Notes under the pieces: model-generated
Told to the model about the DNA's origin: nothing
The model's database searches: none
Seen by the model: only the letters and a program-made list of their open reading frames with translations
Assembly: GCA_002269645.1 (NCBI GenBank)
Contig: NIVC01001215.1
Span: forward strand, 148,022 to 212,021
Direction of reading: 5' to 3'
Source of the DNA: Macrostomum lignano
Lineage: Eukaryota
Length of the DNA: 64,000 nucleotides
Made by a program: the position numbers and the translations under genes
Shown here: piece by piece, positions 21,687 to 33,609 of the stretch
Layout of the letters: the number at the start of each line of letters is the position of its first letter
Numbering within the stretch: the first letter of the stretch is position 1

Positions 21687-24600
21687 TCACCCCCTGGCCG
21701 GCTGCTGCAGCCGGTAGACGAAGGCGGCGAACGCCAGCGTTAGCAGAAACACCAGCACGGAGGTCAGGCTGGGCAGCAGGCCGCCCAGGCTGCGCGGCTC
21801 CGAGGCTGCAGCGGCATCGCCGGCTGCGAGGGCGGCGCCGCGGCCCGGCAGGCCGTACAGCGGGCGCATGCAGGAGCGCAGGCTGGCGTACAGGTCGGGG
21901 AACTGGCACTCCTGCTCGGCCAGTAGCTGCTTGACCCGGAACCGCTCGGTCGGTGTCCGGAAGCAGGCCGGACAGTTGTCCGGAATGACGGGCAGACCGG
22001 CCAGGTCGGCGAACTCTCTGGTGCTGCTCTCGCGGACGTACACGAAGGGCCGGATGACGCGAAGGTCGCCCGTCTCCACGGTGTAATTGGCTTTCATCGT
22101 GCGCAGGCAGCCGTTGTGGAAGGCGGACATCAGGAAGCTCTCGGCCAGGTCGTCCAGGTGCTGCCCCATCGCCAGCACGTTGTAGCCGTGGCGCCTGGCC
22201 GTGGCGTACAGGCGGCCGCGCTTCATGCGGGCGCAGTAGGCGCAGATGGAGTCGCAGTCCACCCTGCAGTTGTGGGGGTCACCAAGAATGATCAGTTAAG
22301 CCTGTGGGGACTCTGGGGTGCTCTAAAAACTCTGTTGATCTGAGGAGTCTGGGGTGCTCTGAGGACTCTGGGGTGCTCTGAGGACTCTGTGGTGATCTGA
22401 GAAGTCTGGGGTGCTCTGAGGACTCTGGGGTGCTCTGAGGACTCTGTGGTGATCTGAGAAGTCTCGGGTGCTCTGAGGACTCTGGGGTGCTCTGAGGACT
22501 CTGTGGTGATCTGAGAAGTCTCGGGTGCTCTGAGGACTCTGGGGTGCTCTGAGGACTCTGTGGTGATCTGAGAAGTCTGGGTGCTCTGAGGACTCTCCAG
22601 GGTGCTCTGAGGACTCTGGGGTGCTCTGAGGACTCTGTGGTGCTCTGAGGACTCTGTGGTGATCTGAGAAGTCTGGGGTGCTCTGAGGACTCTGGGGTGA
22701 TCTGAGAAGTCTGGGTGCTCTGAGGACTCTGGGGTGCTCTGAGAAGTCTGGGTGCTCTGAGGACTCTGTGGTGATCTGAGAAGTCTGGGGTGCTCTGAGG
22801 ACTCTGGGGTGCTCTGAGGACTCTGTGGTGATCTGAGAAGTCTGGGGTGCTCTGAGGACTCTGGGGTGCTCTGAGGACTCTGTGGTGAACTGAGAAGTCT
22901 GGGGTGCTCTGAGGACTCTGGGGTGCTCTGAGGACTCTGGGGTGCTCTGAGGACTCTGTGGTGATCTGAGAAGTCTCGGGTGCTCTGAGGACTCTGGGGT
23001 GCTCTGAGGACTCTGGGGTGCTCTGAGGTGAGGAGTCTGGGGTAATCTGAGGACCTGGGATGCTCTGAGGACTCTGTGATGCGCATTACACCTTCGCACC
23101 GATTTCAACTGCAGCTAGTTGAAATTTACAGGTGATCTAATGGGTGAGCTAATCGGTGAGCTACACATGTAATAAACAAAAACACGATAGAAAATTCGAG
23201 CCGAACTCACTTAGCCGCCTCCTCCATGATGCACTGCCGCTCAAAGTAGTAGGTAACGCCCAGGCGCTCCAGGTAGCCAATCAGAGGCGAGGGGTCGTAC
23301 GAGTTGCTGACGGGGTCCACGGTGCACGCGGCCAGCTGGAAGCGCGGACCCGAAGTCCGGTCAGCGTAGGCCTGGAACTGATGCAGCGCGTGCAGCAGGC
23401 TGAGCGAGTCCTTGCCGCCCGACAGGCAGATGAGCACCCGGTCGCCGTCCCGGATCATCTCGAACTCCTCCATGGCCTCCAGGAAAGGCCGGAAGATATT
23501 GCGGGGCGGCGAGCGCCACAGCGTGCCCGGCTTGCAGAATTTCTTGCGGCGCTTCTCCAACAGCTGCTGCTGGCTCAGCTGTGGCTTCTGCTTTTTCTGC
23601 TGTTGCGTCTGCTTCTCCGGTGACCGCGGCTGTTGGCGCCGGTTGCGGAGGCCGCAGGCGGGGGCGGAGGCGGCGGTGGAGGCGGCGGCAGAGGACGGCG
23701 GAGGCAGAGGAGGCGTCGGCGGCGGCAGCTCGGAGTCGGCTGCGGCGGGGAAGACGGGCAGGAGGCGGCCGGGCTGCACCGGACAGGCGGCAGCGGTGGC
23801 GTCCACCGCGGGTTGCTGAGGGGCGTCGCCGGCCAAAGCATTCTCGGCCTCGCAGGGCAGGAGGAACCAGCGCAGGCGGCCGGACTCCTCGTCGAACATC
23901 TGCGTGGCGTCCGAGTGGCGCCGGCTGCCCCGATGCGACAACGAGCGGCGCACCAGCTCGTCGGCCTCGGCCATCAGCTGGGCAAAGTCCAGCGACCTGC
24001 GGCAGCGGCCGTGGGGAGGGCGAAAACAGGTGTTGTGCAAAATTCAAAATAACACCTAAAATTATTAACAATCTGAACTTTCAGAGAATCGGGGCAGTCT
24101 TGCTTTAATGCTGCCGATTATAATATCCGGTGGCCTTGCGTTTCTTCATTAAGACGCAATATATGACGTGGGATGCAGCGTTTCCCCTATTATTACACCA
24201 AACTAGCAGCGCTACTAAATCTGTTAAAAAATGCTGCGACAAAGACCTGGATGAAGACTGCCGCCGCCGCTGCCGGCCTCCTCCGGCGCCGCCAGACGCA
24301 GAGGCCGGGTAGGTCATCTGGCCGCTGGCGTAGGAGACGCGGCTCAGCCACAGGCGCTCAGGGAACGGGTCGTGTCCGATGGCCCGCCACTCGGCCGTCT
24401 CTGGGTTCACCTTGTACAGCGGCAGCAGCTTCCAGCCGTGCTCGCCGACCCAGCGCAGGCAGCGGAGAACAAAGACGGCCTCCTGGTCGGGCATGAAGAA
24501 CGGCAGGTTGATGCGGACAAAGCCGGGCCGCAGCAGCTCCCTGTGCGGGTAGTCAAAATACTTGCTGCGCACGAACTGCCCCATGCCGCTGCGCCCAACC

Positions 24601-27449
24601 AGAGCCGCCTCCAGGCGGGCTGCCACCGGCTCGCTGATTCCCAGCAAGTCCATCGCGTACGGCCCAGCGCAGGCGCAGCCGCTGCGTGCCTGGATGCCGA
24701 ACAGGTCGTTCAGCAGCGTGGCCACGAACTGCGGGCGGGGATGGCCCCTTGGGGTGAGTCCGAGGCCTGTGTGGCATGGATGCAGCACTGAGTGAGTCTG
24801 TGTGGCATGGATGCAGCACTGAGTGAGTCTGTGTGGCATGGATGCAGCACTGAGTGAGTCTGTGTGGCATGGATGCAGCACTGAGTGAGTCTGTGTGGCA
24901 TGGATGCAGCACTGAGTGAGTCTGTGTGGCATGGATGCAGCACTGAGTGAGTCTGTGTGGCATGGATGCAGCACTGAGTGAGTCTGTGTGGCATGGATGC
25001 AGCACTGAGTGAGTCTGTGTGGCATGGATGCAGCACTGAGTGAGTCTGTGTGGCATGGATGCAGCACTGAGTGAGTCTGTGTGGCATGGATGCAGCACTG
25101 AGTGAGTCTGTGTGGCATGGATGCAGCACTGAGTGAGTCTGTGTGGCATGGATGCAGCACTGAGTGAGTCTGTGTGGCATGGATGCAGCACTGAGTGAGT
25201 CTGTGTGGCATGGATGCAGCACTGAGTGAGTCTGTGTGGCATGGATGCAGCACTGAGTGAGTCTGTGTGGCATGGATGCAGCACTGAGTGAGTCTGTGTG
25301 GCATGGATGCAGCACTGAGTGAGTCCTAATTCACAACAAATCCTAAAAAATCAGCACTGATTTGCAAAATCCGTCAAAATCATCGCTAAGAAAATTTGAA
25401 AGAAAAATTTTTAGATCAAAGGAAAAATTGAAGCAAAGCAGCAGCCAGCAGGCGCTGGGAACAAGGCTAGCATGGGGTGTCGAATATCTCAGCAGCTGCT
25501 CCCAGCCCAATGCCCTAATTACCATATGATGGAGCAGCAGGCCCGAGGCCGGATGCCGCACCACGAAGCTGAACAGCGGCAGGCGCTGCAGCTCGCGCCC
25601 GCCCAGCACAGAGATGCCCTCGGCGCCGTGCAGCTCACGCCAGGTCAGGTCGCACAGATGGCGCTCCCGCTTGGCCAGCAGGTCCTGGCCGACCGTCCGC
25701 TTCAGCTGCAGCACCAGGCCGGCCCGGATGCTCTCCACGATAGCCGGCGTGCCGCCCTCCTCCCGGTGCTCCGCCTCGTCCAGGAAGATTCGGCGCTCCC
25801 GGCGCACGAAGAAGACGGTGCCGCCGCCCACGCCGTCTGGCACGGGGCTGCTGAGGAGCGCCCGCTTCACTATCAGCACGCCGGGTGTCTGCACTCCGCC
25901 CACGAACTTGTGGCAGGAGAAGTACACGGCGTCCTTGTAGGACAGGCCGGCGTCTTCCACGGGGTTCATGTCGATGGGCACGTAGGGCGCCGCGGCTGCG
26001 TAGTCGAAGAAGGCGAGGGCGCCGTGGCGGTGCAGCAAGCAGGCGAGACGCACCGTGTCGCTCAGCACGCCGGTGATGTTGGAGGCCGCGGCGAAGCAGC
26101 CGATGACGCGACGGTCGGGGTTGGCGCCGGGCTCAGCCGCAGCCTCCTTGAGCAGCCGCTCCAGCTGGTCCAGGTTCACCGCCCCCTCGGGAGTGGGCTC
26201 GATGCGAATCACCTCGGCAGCCACCTCCTGCCACGGCAGCAGGTTCGAGTGGTGCTCGTAGGGCCCGACGAATACCAGCTGGGGGTGACGGAGGGATCGG
26301 CAAAGTTAGCAGTAGCAACCAGGGTCCAGTCTGGAAACCAGCTGTCCTGAATATCCCAACCAGCTGTCCTGAATATTGCAATCAGCTGTCCTGAATATCC
26401 CAACAAGCTGTCCTGAATATCCCAACAAGCTGTCCTGAATATCCCAACCAGCTGTCCTGAATATTCCAACCAGCTGTCCTGAATATTCCAACAAGCTGTC
26501 CTGAATATTCCTACCAGCTGTCCTGAATATTCCTACCAGCTGTCCTGAATATTCCTACCAGCTGTCCGGAATATTCCAACCAGCTGTCCTGAATATTCCA
26601 ACCAGCTGTCCTGAATATTTAATCTTCAGTCCAAAGGACCTCAGCACTACAATTAACTTTATATTTAGAACTCACCGGAGGCACCTTGAGCTGCAGGTTG
26701 TGGATGAGCTTGTGCACAGCGCCGGTGCAGCCGCTCCCAGTGAAGATGACGGCGTCCAGATCGCTGGCCCGGCAGCAGTTCCTCACAATGTCCCTGGCCT
26801 CGTCCCGGAACATGGTGGTCTGCAGCGAGGTGACCCCTGTGGTGGTGTGCGTGTTGCCGTAGTGGGTCAGCACCTCATCGCGGATGTAGTCCTCGATGAA
26901 GCTGAGAGCCCTGCCGGAGGCTGTGTAGTCGCAGTAAACCAGGTGCCGCTGACCGAACGGCCCATTGAAAGGCATGTAGGAGCCGATGACGGACCTGCGT
27001 GGGGTTTTTTTAATGGTGAATCCCGGTGGTAAATTGAAGTTGCTGGGTTCGATTTCTCGTGTGGTTAAATTAAATCTGGCGTTTACTTTGAGATTTACAA
27101 GTCATGAGGGCATGCTATACACTCTATGAGTCATGAGTGCCATGAGTACAAATCTATGGGTATATGGGAACAAACATATCTACTTGCCTCCTTGACTGGC
27201 TATGGGTCAGCTGTCTCCAGAAGCCCCAATGTGACTAACCAAACCTAAACAGGAAAATATGCTGTAAAACAAGTAAAGAATCTATGCAACAAACCTATTG
27301 ATGTAGTCTAGCAGAGCGTGCCCAGCTGGTTCCTCATTCTCTGCTGGCTGCTGGCTGTCCTGTCTTGGGATTTCATAGAATTTCCGAGGCTGGTGCTCTG
27401 TCTTGGCTGGAGAATCTGGTGCCACCTGCTGCTGCTGTTCTTGGCTCAT
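21687..27449 (-). CDS. Fusion of class-V PLP cysteine-desulfurase-like domain and TtcA-type PP-loop tRNA 2-thiolation domain, with C-terminal hydrophobic segment (1024 aa); exons 27449-27295, 26994-26676, 26278-25523, 24728-24247, 23996-23211, 22263-21687
   Basis: Desulfurase motifs YCDYTASG, GPYEHHSN, FDYAAAAPY, SCHK (PLP Lys), EEGGTP, RSGCACA (persulfide Cys); TtcA motifs SGGKDS, CAYCARMKRG, GQHLDD, VIRP, NCPAC. Exons sum to 3075 nt in frame; the intron 4 donor (GTCTTT) is weak. Confidence 0.9.
22305..23080. repeat. Intronic minisatellite built on 10/20-bp units (GGACTCTGGGGTGCTCTGAG with TGATCTGAGAAGTCT variants)
   Basis: Direct tandem periodicity in intron 5. Confidence 0.95.
24767..25325. 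repeat. 31-bp homogeneous intronic minisatellite, ~18 copies
   Basis: GTGTGGCATGGATGCAGCACTGAGTGAGTCT units in intron 3. Confidence 0.97.
26335..26618. repeat. 20-21-bp intronic minisatellite (CCAGCTGTCCTGAATATTCC)
   Basis: About 13 units in intron 2. Confidence 0.95.
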
Positions 27450-28829
27450 TGCAATAAAAAACAAGCTTTAGGACATGCATTAAAATAGTAATCCAATCCA
27501 TTAACTTTGTCTATAATTAAGTACAAATATATAAATTATAAAAAATTATAAGTTCATTTTACACTTAACAAACTGACAATTCTAGTGCTCAACAAAGTTT
27601 AAAATGCTAAGACTAGCCTAAGCCCAATATACTATCTCTAAGTAATAATTACTTAGACATAGGCATATAATGACCTCAGTTTAGGTTAGTATTTAAATTG
27701 AAACTTTAGAAGATTAACTTTGATGACTTTGAGAACAATCATAAAACATATGAAACTAGCCAAATAAGACCTACAAAAATAATTTCTCTATGGCTATAGT
27801 CTATATCATGCAATATATACACATTATTTATATATATATATAATAAATAGAAATATTAAAGCACTCATAGGTGATATTGATTATATGTTTCTAACTTATA
27901 GTCAATTGAAGAGTTTTAATTTATATATATCTGAAGGGTTATTGACCATATTGCAAAAGATAAAAAAATAAATAGACAAACAAGTAGCCTAGATTTGTTA
28001 CCATATATCTATGCTAATAAGCCAATATATTGCTACAACTAATCAATAATACATTGCTTGCTAGTTTCCAAAAATATTTTATTTAACTTACGTGGTATTG
28101 TACCCTAAATTTTTTTATTATAGGATATAAAAAACATAAAAATTATTCATAAAGCAAAATTATTTATAGGCAGGCTTATTCATAGGTAGGCTTTATACCT
28201 AGCTCACCTAGGCCCCTGATAATAAGAGATATCATTGTCAACATTTGTTTACTTTTGTATATATTATATATCTACATTACAATACACTGTTATCATCTAT
28301 TTTATTGAATGATTGACAAAATAAATGCAGGGCTGTCCTGGAGGGGAGACAGCGGGAAGGTGCAGGCACCCATTCCGCTAGATTGACAAAATAAGAATTC
28401 AGCTATTATTAGTAGCCCATATAAAAACATAGTGTCATTGATGTTACTTTTTAGCAGTGGCATAATTAGGAATTTCAATTAGGGGGGGGGGGGGGTTTTA
28501 GTTCCAGTTCCCCAGTTCCTAAATCATTTTATAATTCTTAGTTATATACTTCGTGGAATAAATTCAAACTTAAATTTATTTTTTCCTTTGCAAGTTAAAC
28601 CAAAATTTACGCTTTTATCGAGAAGGAGATATGCACTTAGATAGGTTGTTAATTTAAAAATAATAAAAGCTTTTTTCTTTTAATTTTAAAATTTACAGCA
28701 ACATCTAGAATATTTAGAGAACTTGGTTTAAAGGTAAAGAAAGTGACTAATTTACTCCTAACGTGTTGAGGTGGGGGTGGAGAAGAACTTTCTTAGAACG
28801 GTTGTTTTTTGAATTTGCTGACACCAGTG

Positions 28830-31800
28830 GGGTCGTTCTCAAATTCTGGGAGGAGCGAAAATTTTAACAATTTTCCGAACATTTACTATTGTTACTGCCG
28901 TATTGAAAATAATAGGACACTTTCATCCGTGAATAAAGATAATTTTTGGGTTGAAATTTATGTTGCAAAAGTGTTTTAAGTTGTCTTGCGGTATTAGGCG
29001 ATATTAGGTGATGAAAAAATTCAAATTCAATCACTTCACCGATGTCCTAATTTTTGACACTATGATGTCTATAGCTAAAAAAAGTTGTTGTTGTGTTGAA
29101 AACTTGCTATATTACATTTAAAATGAAAGCTTATATAAATTTAATTTAAGATTTTTTTTAAAGCTTAATAAACTGCACTATAAATGATTTTATAGACGCT
29201 TAACTGTACGCCTAGCATTTCCGGTGGGATAGCCTCTTTGCGTCTCACAAAATGTATTTTTCAGCTGACGTCTAGAATGTGCGCTTAAAATGATACATTT
29301 TGATGCAGATAATTAGAAAAACATGTCTTATTATCTTTTTGTAAAAAATTGTTATGAAATAGAGCACTATTGTTGATAAAAATAATTAAAAGCAACCATG
29401 CATCGCAATAAACTCCTACTTTGAAGCACAAAATAAATATCCTGTAACCACACTAGCATTCTCCATGGAGCACCTTTTGAGCTGAAATTTTACACAGATA
29501 TCCAGTAAAGTAAACTGAGCAAATGATTTTTTTTGTTTTTGAAAATACTTCAATTTGGCTATGTATCAGTTAGTTCATTGGACATATTTATTATATTTTT
29601 ATTAGAATCCTTGTAACCAAGCTACAGAGAAACATGTGCAAAACTGGACCTTGAAATTTGACCTGAATGATCAGCAAATGTGTATCTCGAAATGATTTTT
29701 TTTTGTTTTCATCAAGTCATTCTATGCTAATTTTTTCTGAAGGGAAAGATACCATATATTTAGAGTCAATAGGGGAAGCATTTAGACTTATTCAATAGTC
29801 ATTAAAATTGCAACTATATTATTATAATATAGTAATAATATTATACATGTATTATATAGTAATATTAACTTCTAAGATGCCCTTATAAATTTAAGTAAAG
29901 ACAACAGGCCTTAATTAATTAATCAGCATTTTGAAGAAACTGACCTTATACAGATGGGCCCCAAGCTAAGAAATGAATGTAGAGCTTATTTCGTGTAAGG
30001 TATAAAAATCAATTTATTATAATATTAAATACTCCTAATAAATTGGTTAAATTAGTTATTTACCTTGAATTAATTTAATTTAATAATTAAATATATAAAT
30101 TTGTTTCACTTCTTACTGCATTTAAATAGAGTACCTCTCTACTATACTATAGAAGTATAGTAAAAGTATATGGTAAAAAAGTATAGTAAAAAATTTCTTT
30201 GGTTTAATCCCAGCTTGCCTCAGTTTTTTAGTCTTAATACGAGCTAGATAGTAAGTGTTGATTAATTTGCTCCATCACCTTTTGCCACGGAAACAGCACA
30301 TGTCGGACATGCAACACTCTCCCTGATCCCTGGATTCAAGATGACTGCTTCTGCTTCTTCAAAGCTTGAAAACTGAGCTCATGGAGCTTTAGGTTATGCT
30401 GTCAGAGTGCTGCTGCCGGTGCTGTGTGTGTATGTGTGTGTCTTCTGTGGGTAGGTTCCCTGTCCCTCAGTTTAGCCACTGTTGTGGGCTAACTGGAGGA
30501 ATTGCCGTTGTCGGTGCTGCAGGTGGCACTGCATGGTAGTATTGACGCTGTCAGTGACGCTGGCAAAGGCTTGGACGAAGCTAGGTGCCGTCATTGTCAG
30601 GAGGACATGCGTGTGCTGCTTAGACCAGTGCGCACATTCGACTGGACTCGTATCTGGTGCAGTCTGGTGTATTCACTGAGATTGTGTGGATCTGCCTCCT
30701 CGCATCACCTCAACCAGGCTCAATTTCTTTTGTAGAATTTTCGTGCGCTGCTTAACTGCATCTTGTGCCTGCTGAGTGATGCCAAGAATTGTGCCACACA
30801 ATAATTTGGCCCATAAACTACTCGTATATTATACATATGTATGCACAGCACACACACACGCAGTTCATTCATATTAAATGTACTAGTTAATGGAATTCTC
30901 ATCTCATGAGCTCTAGTCTATGGACAAACCTGAAATTACTAGAATATCTAGATAGATCTAAACTTCTTTGAGCAGCGCGCTGCGCTGCGAGCAAATACAT
31001 GTAGATTCCTTAGCGCAACTAATTAATAGTGTAGTACAGTCTACAGCCTGAAGTAGCCTGTGTAAGATGCGGAGGGATGATTTTTGCATAGGAAGCCACT
31101 ACGGTAAGGTTGATGGAACTATGGGGAGGTGAGAGATTCAAAGCGAGGGACGGAAGCCATGCATAGTTCGATCATAAGTTTGATTATTGCATGAGTCTGG
31201 GGATGCATTAACGAGAGGCGGACGAGAGCATAGAAATAAAGCGGGCTAAATATATTAATGCACAAAATTACATGTACTAGCTTGTAATTTCAGAATGGTC
31301 AGCGACTCCTCCGATTTGTATCCGCGACCGCGTGCCCACAAATCCCCCGGCAGACCCTGTCGCAGTTGGTGGTTGTGCACAGAATACAATGTTAATTTTC
31401 GAGCTTCTCTGCAAAAAATGCGTGATGCACTCAAGATGCGTGCTATAGTCTACTTCTTTGATTGATGGCTGGGTTTTGCCTTTTCGCTTGTGATCATCAA
31501 AAGCTTGGGCGTCATTGCTACTGGTGTTTCAGTGTGCGCATTATGTCTGGTTATCATATTATGTGCATGTGCAGTGTCTTTTACCTACATTTTTGTTTGT
31601 CTCTGTTTCCTGCGTGCTCTTTCGCATTTTTACACCTCGCACATCCTCATTTTTCTCAATTAACAAGTGAAATCTTTTCTTAAAGACTAATTGCTATTTT
31701 AGTTAAGCTAGTAGGTTTTTGGTAATTAAATAATTCAATTTTGTCTATTTTTTAAAAAGTTTCCAAAAATGAATTAATTAAAATAAATTTGAATTATTTT

Positions 31801-32628
31801 AAGTTAATTGGAGTAAAATGTCTAATAAGTAACTATAATTTTTTATTTTAAGTACATGTAGCTTTGGTATAAGTATTAATGTAATGAGTACTTAGAGTAA
31901 GATCAAGCAAGTTATAGTTTTCAGAAATTATGCTACAAATAATCAAATATATACTAGTATCCGAATTCCTTTATTAAGGAACATGCAGTCGATATTAAAT
32001 CCACAATGTGCTTTTTGGTGTTCAAGGATAGTTCCCTGACTTTTTCTATTATTAGTTAGATTTTATTATATTTAATGTAAAAATGAACAATTCTATTCAA
32101 GGTAAAAATGAACATTCTTTATTTGTAGAATCACCTTGCCTTTGAAAAGATACATAGTGAAAACTTGATTTTTAATTCAACCTTTCAAGACTTATTTAGA
32201 CTTCTTAATTCAGTGATTAGTTAAACTGATCGAAGTTCTTTCGAGTGCATGCTATAATAATTTCGCACTTTTTCGCACACGATAATTTTAAATGTCTGGG
32301 ATTTAGAGCAGAGTAACAAAATGCTGTGCTCAAAAACATTTCCTTTGTCAATTTCTTGTTCTTTTATTTTTGCAAAAGAAATTTAACTGCATATTTAAAA
32401 TAAAAACGGAAGAAAATTTTATTTTCTCTTTAATATTTTTGTCGTTTATTTTCCGCAACAAAGAATAACAAATAGCCTTGATTTCTTCTCAATTTCAAGT
32501 TTTCTTGTGGTTTTAGTAGCAGCTTCTTACAGAAATTGTCGAAAGAATTTTTTTTGTACGATTATTGGTCGATGTATAAACTTTTTTTGCAATAACAAAA
32601 AGTTGTGACCTAGCTTTGAGAACGACCC
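28830..32628. mobile_element. 3.8-kb non-autonomous TIR DNA transposon (Sola2-like termini)
   Basis: 14-bp TIR GGGTCGTTCTCAAA / TTTGAGAACGACCC; 4-bp TSD AGTG (28826-28829, 32629-32632); empty site present in the 5' LTR at 41963-41966; no transposase ORF. Confidence 0.88.
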
Positions 32629-33609
32629 AGTGAGGTGGGGCGGATTCCTCGTTTGAATTGCCGCCGGCGTTGAGTTCGCACGAATAAAACCGGAAAAACG
32701 CGCAGACGAATCACAACGAAATTTCTTCTCCTGTCTTACTCCGACAGCCGGGTTCTCAAGTCCGGGGGGAGGGTAGTTGTAATCGTAGTCGAGCGGTCGT
32801 ATAGCGGCCCGGTCGTTCAGATCCGTAGACTCAATCGGTCTTGACACCGTAAAGCTGCTTTTGAATTGTCGTACTGATTACTGTCAGTAGAGTAGCGCTG
32901 CCACCACCGTAATTTGATCCGTATTACGGAACGTTGGGACCTCAGAGCTCGCTTAAAGTTGAGATCGATTCGGTTGTTTAACGCCCCACGGGCAAATGAC
33001 TCAAGATAACTGTTATGGGCTTCGATGCTTGAACAACTTATTTTAATTATTACTGGGTTTATTTATTGAGCAGGCTGGGTTGCTGGTTAAATTAGAAAAA
33101 TTATTTGAAACAAAACCGACGGTGATCGCGGCCGGTGCCGGGTGCCAATTGCACTAACCAAGAAACTTAAAACACCAAACTACGTTAAACCAACAAAGAA
33201 AACAAAACCTAAAACAAAACCAAGAGGAAGAAAGGAAGGAAGGGAGGAGGAAGAAGAAGAATAATAACAGGCGGCCCGAATTGGCCATATATAAATAGAG
33301 GGAGTGTCGCCCGGACAGGGATGGGGCAACAGATGGGGCAACAAGGCAAGGGATGGGGCAGAGAATGGGGCAAAAGATGGGGCAACGGACGGCAACAAAG
33401 CCGGGAACGGAGAAAAACAAAACTTAGAGCATCGGCAAAAGATGGGGCGAGGGATGGGGCATGGGACGGCGCACCGGGTGACAAAATACAACGAGTCATA
33501 GCGGTGATGTCACCCGTCTCACGAAACATTCTTGCTCGGAGTGGTAGCTCGCCCTACCACAGGCGCCGGGGCGCCGTGCGCTAAAAGAAAACTAGCAGTC
33601 TCCCGGCTG

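Noticed and set aside
21624-21689. UGA readthrough or selenocysteine at the fusion gene stop (20 further open codons)
   Set aside because: No SECIS-like structure recognised and the UGA is not at a catalytic position; a short open run is expected by chance.
21687-24000. Cytosolic thiouridylase CTU1/Ncs6
   Set aside because: Lacks the extra N- and C-terminal zinc-finger CxxC pairs; two-CxxC layout and motif wording fit TtcA better.
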